Below are positions 15,392 through 20,000 of a stretch of 20,000 nucleotides of DNA, piece by piece (positions within the stretch are counted from its first letter, which is position 1; each line of letters begins with the position of its first letter). Location of the stretch: the IMG/VR virus record IMGVR_UViG_3300005537_000025; one strand, given 5' to 3'. Made by a program: the position numbers and the translations under genes. The stretch is from an uncultured virus (IMG/VR IMGVR_UViG_3300005537_000025). Lineage: Duplodnaviria > Heunggongvirae > Uroviricota > Caudoviricetes. The notes beneath the pieces are model-generated. The model was not told where the DNA came from and ran no database searches. It was given only the letters and a program-made list of their open reading frames with translations.

Positions 15392-17017
15392 CAGGTCAGA
15401 GGCGGTGCCCCGAGGAAACGGGAGCACCGCTTCACTTGTTTCTGGGGAATTCCTGGGGACGGCCCTGGGCCTGCGCGCCTCGAGCCGCTCCCGCAGCAGC
15501 GTGTCGAGCACCGCTGCCGGCGAGCGCTCCGACATCGCCAGCCGCGCGTCCAGCGCGCCCTCCCACGCCGCCGTCATCGCAGCCACGAGCTCGTCGCGCA
15601 TCCTCTGCGTCACGTGACGGTACCGGCCGGAGATCCCGGCGATCTCGTGGCGCAGCCGCTGCTCGCTCAGCACCTCCGGTATCCCCTCCTCCTCCATCCA
15701 CGTCTTCGCCGAGTGGCGCAGCCCGTGAGGAGTGAGCCCCTCGGCGACAGGAAGCCAGCAGAACTGCGCCCGGCCCTGCGCGTTGCGGCCCCGCACCCGC
15801 ATGCCCGGCCAGTCCCCGGCCACCGGGACGGGGCGGCGCGGCAGGGGCGCGCGGGCCGGGAGCCATCCCGATGCCGCAGCCGTGAACAGTTCCTCGAACG
15901 CGGACCTGCGCCAGTGCCACGCGGGACGGTCCGTCCCCGCCTCCCGCCGGTAGCCGCACGCGGCGATGACAGCCTCGACGTGACGGCGTGTCTGCTCGCT
16001 GACGCGGCCCGGCTTGCCGAGCACCGTCGCGACCACGGTCTCCGACACCCCGGCGAGGGCGGCCAGTTCACGCATCGACATGGAGCCGCGCGGGCCTCGC
16101 GGGATGCCCATGCCGCGGAACACGTAGGTCTTCCCGTGACAGGGGCATGGCTCCGGCCGGGTCCGCATGATGTGCTCGGCCAGCAGGCGGGCGAGGAACT
16201 GCGGCTGGTCCAGCGTCCCCCTCGATCCGTCTTTCGGCGGGCAGCGCACCAGCCGGCCGCCAGGGGCGCCGGTCCCGGGGTCTTTCCCGCCGATCTCGTG
16301 AAGCTGCCAGTCCACCCGCAGTGTCCGGGGACGCACGTACCTGCTCTCCAGGCCGACAGTCTCGCCGAGCCGCAGCGCATCCCAGAATCCCGTGACGACC
16401 ATGACGAGCTCGTCGTCGCGGCCGGAGAGTATCGCCATCCGCTCGGCGATGAGCAGGACGCCGAGCGGGTCGGTGATCATCTTCTCCTCGGCGCTGTCCC
16501 CGGCGGCGCGGCCCGATCTCTTCCCCCTGCCCCTTTTCCGGGTGGCCGGGTTCACGCTGATGTGCGTGCCTGTCGCGTCCTCCAGGCAGGTGTGCAGGGT
16601 GGCCCGCCAGGTCCTGATGCTGTCCGGCTCGTAGCCCCTGGCCCTCTCTGACCGGGCCCATTTGCCGATCATCTCCTCGCTGATGTCGGCGAGGGCTTTG
16701 TGCTGGAAATACGGCAGCAGGTGGTACACGAGGTGCTGCCGGTAGTTCTCCATCGTGGACTCGGCCAGGTCCTGCTTCCTGTACCACGCGCTGGCCCACT
16801 CCCCGAACGTGACCAGCCCCGCACGCGGGTCGATCCAGTCGCCGCCGCGGACCGCTGACTCGGCGTCGTCGGCACCATGCTCGGCGTCCAGCTTCGCCGG
16901 GTACCTTATGACCCGGCCGCCTGCGTCCCGCACGGTGAGGTACCGGCCGTCAGGGTCCTGGTACCGGCCGCGCCAGTAGTCGCCCTTCGGGGATCTCACC
17001 CGCTCCGCGTACGCCAT
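15371..17017 (-). CDS. int: Tyrosine integrase with an inserted LacI-type HTH domain
   Basis: N-terminal WRGRYQDPDG and WIDPRAGLVTFGEW; catalytic R (LRLGE), K (PPKD), HxxR (HGLRH), H (RLRH), Y (GRYRH); stop codon lies in the T-loop of the att core. Confidence 0.95.
   Translation of the reverse strand: MAYAERVRSPKGDYWRGRYQDPDGRYLTVRDAGGRVIRYPAKLDAEHGADDAESAVRGGDWIDPRAGLVTFGEWASAWYRKQDLAESTMENYRQHLVYHLLPYFQHKALADISEEMIGKWARSERARGYEPDSIRTWRATLHTCLEDATGTHISVNPATRKRGRGKRSGRAAGDSAEEKMITDPLGVLLIAERMAILSGRDDELVMVVTGFWDALRLGETVGLESRYVRPRTLRVDWQLHEIGGKDPGTGAPGGRLVRCPPKDGSRGTLDQPQFLARLLAEHIMRTRPEPCPCHGKTYVFRGMGIPRGPRGSMSMRELAALAGVSETVVATVLGKPGRVSEQTRRHVEAVIAACGYRREAGTDRPAWHWRRSAFEELFTAAASGWLPARAPLPRRPVPVAGDWPGMRVRGRNAQGRAQFCWLPVAEGLTPHGLRHSAKTWMEEEGIPEVLSEQRLRHEIAGISGRYRHVTQRMRDELVAAMTAAWEGALDARLAMSERSPAAVLDTLLRERLEARRPRAVPRNSPETSEAVLPFPRGTASDLGRGGRI
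15399..15441 (+). terminator. Hairpin downstream of the att core (likely replacement terminator for the host tRNA)
   Basis: GAGGCGGTGC…GCACCGCTTC stem followed by ACTTGTTT. Confidence 0.55.
15438..15461 (+). repeat. Integrase arm-type site, right copy (inside the int 3' end)
   Basis: Identical to 15175-15198. Confidence 0.8.
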
Positions 17018-17517
17018 CAGCTGTCACCATCCAGGATCTCCCCCGCTCTCGCGACGGCCAGGTCGAGCGTGGACGATCCCAGCTCGGCCTCCAGGTCGCC
17101 GCAGGTCTCCCGGACCCGCTCGTACCTGCTGCCGCCGCGGTCCCTCAGGGTGCGCGCGGCGGCGCGCGCGGCCGCGTCAAGCCGCGCGACCGCCCGGGCG
17201 GTCTCGTCGTGCGCCTGCCTCAGCGATGAGATGGCACCTTCGACCAGCGCCATCTCGGCAGCTTCATCGCCGGCCCAGAACAGCCTGTCGACGGAGATGC
17301 CGAGGATGTCGCATACGGCGCGGCCCTCGTACATCTCCATGCGCCGCCCCGAGTGCTCCACCTTGTAGACCGTGGACTGGAACCAGGGGAAACCCCGCTT
17401 CACCATCTCGCGGGCGAGGGCTTCCTGGCTCATGCCCCGGAACTCCCGGTACCGGCGCACGTTATCGCCGACCTCCCGCGGATGCTCCCGCTGCGGCTCC
17501 TCATCACCTGGCGACAT
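17017..17517 (-). CDS. XRE-family immunity repressor
   Basis: VGDNVRRYREFRGMSQEALAREM…WFQSTVYKVEHSGRR; TGATG-coupled to int; probable leaderless start at 17517. Confidence 0.88.
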   Translation of the reverse strand: MSPGDEEPQREHPREVGDNVRRYREFRGMSQEALAREMVKRGFPWFQSTVYKVEHSGRRMEMYEGRAVCDILGISVDRLFWAGDEAAEMALVEGAISSLRQAHDETARAVARLDAAARAAARTLRDRGGSRYERVRETCGDLEAELGSSTLDLAVARAGEILDGDS

Positions 17518-17580
17518 GTGACAAGACATTACATGATCATGGTTTCGTTGCCAATCCCGCCATAGTCGTGACAAGATGAT
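17518..17580. promoter_or_regulatory. Divergent repressor/xis promoter switch
   Basis: Minus strand TTGGCA(17554-17549)-N17-TAATGT(17531-17526)-N8-ATG; overlapping plus-strand TTGCCA (17548-17553); GTGACAAGA repeated at 17518 and 17568. Confidence 0.6.
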
Positions 17581-17625
17581 TTCAGCATGGACGGGGAAAC
17601 CCGGAACGGATGACTGGAGGTGCCG

Positions 17626-17847
17626 GTGCAGGACCGCGACGTGGCCCCGCAGAGGGAGCCGCTCATGTCGTCAGCCGAGCTGGCCGCGTACCTGGGCGGG
17701 GAGATCACGGTCAGCGCGCTGGCCGCATGGCGATCGAGAGGCACCGGGCCGGACTGGATCAAGGTCGGGCACGGCGTGCGCTACAGGCCGGCGGCGGTCG
17801 AGGCGTGGCTGAAAGCGTGCGAGCGCGCAGGAAAGAAGGCGTCATGA
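17626..17847 (+). CDS. Excisionase/AlpA-like HTH protein
   Basis: LMSSAELAAYL…ALAAWRSRGTGPDWIKVGHGVRYRPAAVEAWL; GGAGG 5 nt before GTG 17626. Confidence 0.88.
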   Translation: MQDRDVAPQREPLMSSAELAAYLGGEITVSALAAWRSRGTGPDWIKVGHGVRYRPAAVEAWLKACERAGKKAS

Positions 17848-18143
17848 CCTCCGGGGCACCCGTTCTGTTCAGCGCCGAGGAGGCGTCACCCATCGTGCAC
17901 AAGTCCGCCAACTGGCTGAAAGTCCACGCGCGGACCGGAGCGATCCCGTCAACGAAGCTCGGGCGGACGACGCTGTTCACCCCTCAGCAGCTCGCCGAGA
18001 TCGCCCGCGCCGGCGCCAGGGCGCCGGCGCCGGGTGCCTCTCTGCCGTCACGGGCGCCTCAGCGCCGCCAGGCCGACGATCCCGGCGACGGGACACTCCA
18101 GGCCAGGACTCCGCGCCGCAAGCTCACGAAGGGGTCGGCGTGA
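17844..18143 (+). CDS. Second excisionase-like (HTH_17-type) protein
   Basis: LFSAEEASPIVHKSANWLKVHARTGAIPSTKLGRTTLFTPQQLAEI; ATGA coupling. Confidence 0.8.
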   Translation: MTSGAPVLFSAEEASPIVHKSANWLKVHARTGAIPSTKLGRTTLFTPQQLAEIARAGARAPAPGASLPSRAPQRRQADDPGDGTLQARTPRRKLTKGSA

Positions 18144-18282
18144 CTGCCCGGGGTGAGCTTGCGGCACCGGCCCGGACCATCCGGGCAGCCGGACCTCAGG
18201 ACTCCCTCCCCGCCGCAACCCGGGGACGGTTACCGGAGCGCCGCCGCAGGGGCTGCGCTGCACAAACGGAAGGAAACGAGCT

Positions 18283-19125
18283 GTGAAGCTCATGCACAGG
18301 AGCAAGTACTTCTTCGGGCTGACCGCGCTCACGGCAGGCATCCTCGGCGGCGGGACCCTCGCCGCCACCGCCTACGCCGCAACCCCGTCCTGCGGGCCGT
18401 CCTGCGTGGACGTTTTCAGCGACCAGTTCGGCGACGGCGTTACCGGCCACCCGGGCTTCCTGATGGACTCCGCGAAGCAGGGTGTCGCGACTGGTACGTC
18501 GATCATCCTGTTCCGCGAGTCGAACCATGACCCGGCCGAGGACTTCGTCTTCGAGAATCAGGGCACGGTATCGGACTTCGCCCAGGCCGGCCTTGTCAGC
18601 CCGATGACCTCTCTGCACTACGGCTGCATCGCGGGCACTGTCGCGTTCCCGACATGCGTGTTCGGGACCGACGAAAGCGACGGGAACGCGAACCTGGATG
18701 CGTACGAGATCGAGTACACCCCGTTCGGTGCCGCGACCGGCGAGTGCGCCGGACTCGCCGCCACCCCTGTTGCGGGCGAGAAGGTGACGCTGCAGCCGTG
18801 CGGCGTCTCCGGCAGGACAGTGTGGATCGTCGACGCCTTCGATGGCAGCGGCGGCCCGGAGCAGTTCGGGGACAGCAACAGTTTCGGCGAGTCGACGGGC
18901 ACTGAGGACGGCGTTCCCCTGATCAACGGGGCGAACACGAACTTCTCTCACCCGTTCGTCCTCACCTACCCGGATGGCTACCCGACCGACCAGCCGCGCC
19001 CGGTCCTCCAGGTGACGAACCTGACAGGCTTCTTCCGCGGCATCTTCCCGGACAACACGACGGCGACGATGGACGTGAGCAGCAGCCAGCTGTGGGACGC
19101 GCTGACGGGGACCGTCCAGCGCTGA
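18283..19125 (+). CDS. Secreted protein, possibly ricin-B/beta-trefoil-like
   Basis: Sec-type signal (basic N-terminus, hydrophobic core, AYA-A); paired Cys; ECAG…VTLQPC…VW pattern; AAGGA RBS. Confidence 0.75.
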   Translation: MKLMHRSKYFFGLTALTAGILGGGTLAATAYAATPSCGPSCVDVFSDQFGDGVTGHPGFLMDSAKQGVATGTSIILFRESNHDPAEDFVFENQGTVSDFAQAGLVSPMTSLHYGCIAGTVAFPTCVFGTDESDGNANLDAYEIEYTPFGAATGECAGLAATPVAGEKVTLQPCGVSGRTVWIVDAFDGSGGPEQFGDSNSFGESTGTEDGVPLINGANTNFSHPFVLTYPDGYPTDQPRPVLQVTNLTGFFRGIFPDNTTATMDVSSSQLWDALTGTVQR

Positions 19126-19281
19126 CGCGGCGAAGTACGGAAGGCGGCCGTGATGGCATACACCAGGGTTCGGGTCCCTGGGCGGCGCGCATGCCGGGCG
19201 AAGTACTGCAGAGCCCGTCATACCGGCACATTATCCCGGACTCCGGGAGTATCCTTTCTGACCGTTAACAGACAACCCCGG

Positions 19282-19737
19282 ATGGTGATCACGATGGACG
19301 GAACCGGAGAGGGCGCCGCGCCTGGGACCGTGCCGATCGCGTACCGGTACCGGGTCCGGGGCCCGGTACAGGACCCGGTCATGGCAGAGGTCCGCCGCGT
19401 GCACGAGCTGGCCAACGAGGACGTCGCGGCCGAGCGGAAGTACCAGGAGGAGAAGGACGCCGCCTGGGAAGCTGACCCGCAGGTTACCCCGATCCTCGCG
19501 GCCCTCCGCGAGGCGGAGGGGGCCGCCGAGTCCGCCGGGCAAGCCCTCTCGAGGGCGAAGTCCCGCCTCGGGTACGCGAAGCGGCAAGGGAACCCGGCGG
19601 CCATCATCGCCGCGGAGGATGCGGTGCGGGCGGCGAAAGCAGCCCTTGCCCTGGCGAGGGAAGCCGCAGCTGCGGCGGCGGCGCAGCTCGATGTTCTTCC
19701 CCGGCAGGTGGTGATCCCGCTGAGCCACCCGCCGTAG
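19282..19737 (+). pseudogene. N-terminal fragment of a Cas12m (type V-M/V-U1)-like effector
   Basis: AYRYRVRG…EVRRVHELANEDVAAERKYQEEKDAAWEADPQV followed by a long Ala/Arg coiled coil resembles the Cas12m N-terminus as I recall it; no RuvC; the last ~17 codons are antisense cas1. Confidence 0.65.
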
Positions 19738-19886
19738 GAGAACCAGCACACCGGGATCTGCGCGGCCAGCGCCTTCCGCAGCGCCTGCGCGGTCACCATG
19801 GCGTTGCCGCGTATGCAGATCTGCGACACGTCCAGGACCCGGACCGACGACAGTTCCGCGCCTTTCAGGCGGACCTCGAAGCGGCG
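19673..19886 (-). pseudogene. cas1: Internal fragment of cas1 (Cas4-Cas1 fusion type), frameshifted
   Basis: RFEVRLKGAELSSVRVLDVSQICIRGNAMVTAQALRKALAAQIPVCWFSYGGWLSGIT, frameshift at ~19708, then LPGKNIELRRR. Confidence 0.88.
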
Positions 19887-20000
19887 GTGGACTCGACGAG
19901 CTCGGTCAGGCAGTCGGTACCCTGGACCGCACCCTCGAACTCGACGCCGATTTCCACCACGCACAGCTGGTAGCCGAACCCGGCCGGGGGGATGATGTAC
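19865..20000 (-). CDS. 3' part of a gene entering from beyond the window, probably truncated at the cas1 junction
   Basis: Open GC3-rich frame YIIPPAGFGYQLCVVEIGVEFEGAVQGTDCLTELVEST, which stops a few codons into cas1-derived sequence. Confidence 0.5.
   Translation of the reverse strand, partial: YIIPPAGFGYQLCVVEIGVEFEGAVQGTDCLTELVESTAASRSA

Noticed and set aside
18144..18282. c-di-AMP (ydaO) riboswitch upstream of the secreted protein
   Set aside because: Only fragments (GGGGTGA, AACCCGG) resemble it; other conserved motifs are missing. An Infernal search would settle it
19218..19964. 248-aa minus-strand ORF as an intact cas1
   Set aside because: Only ~60 codons are Cas1-like; the rest is another gene out of frame and the antisense of the cas12-like ORF

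Overview
High-GC, actinobacterial-type temperate phage or integrative element. 48-12451 is a run of about 33 small, mostly translationally coupled plus-strand genes (RHH and XRE regulators, WDGH protein, D12-class DNA adenine methylase next to an XF1762/Mom-like protein, STAS protein lacking its phospho-Ser, ASCH protein). It is interrupted once by a divergent AlpA-like HTH gene with twin operators. Next come a Zn-finger/wHTH pair, a terminator, a structured leader and a CRISPR array (13921-15054; 16 x 36-bp repeats with a 3' hairpin ending GAC, 15 spacers). The array abuts an attP-like site whose core is the 3' half of tRNA-Pro(CGG), flanked on both sides by identical 24-bp arm repeats. A tyrosine integrase with an internal LacI-type HTH ends inside that core. 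Then follow the repressor, two excisionase-like HTH genes and a secreted protein. The right end is a mosaic: the N-terminus of a Cas12m (type V-M/V-U1)-like effector joined tail-to-tail to a frameshifted cas1 fragment, itself joined to another truncated gene. Best overall reading: a phage-borne type V CRISPR system whose array is intact while its cas genes survive here only as fragments. Family assignments come from recalled motifs, not database searches.
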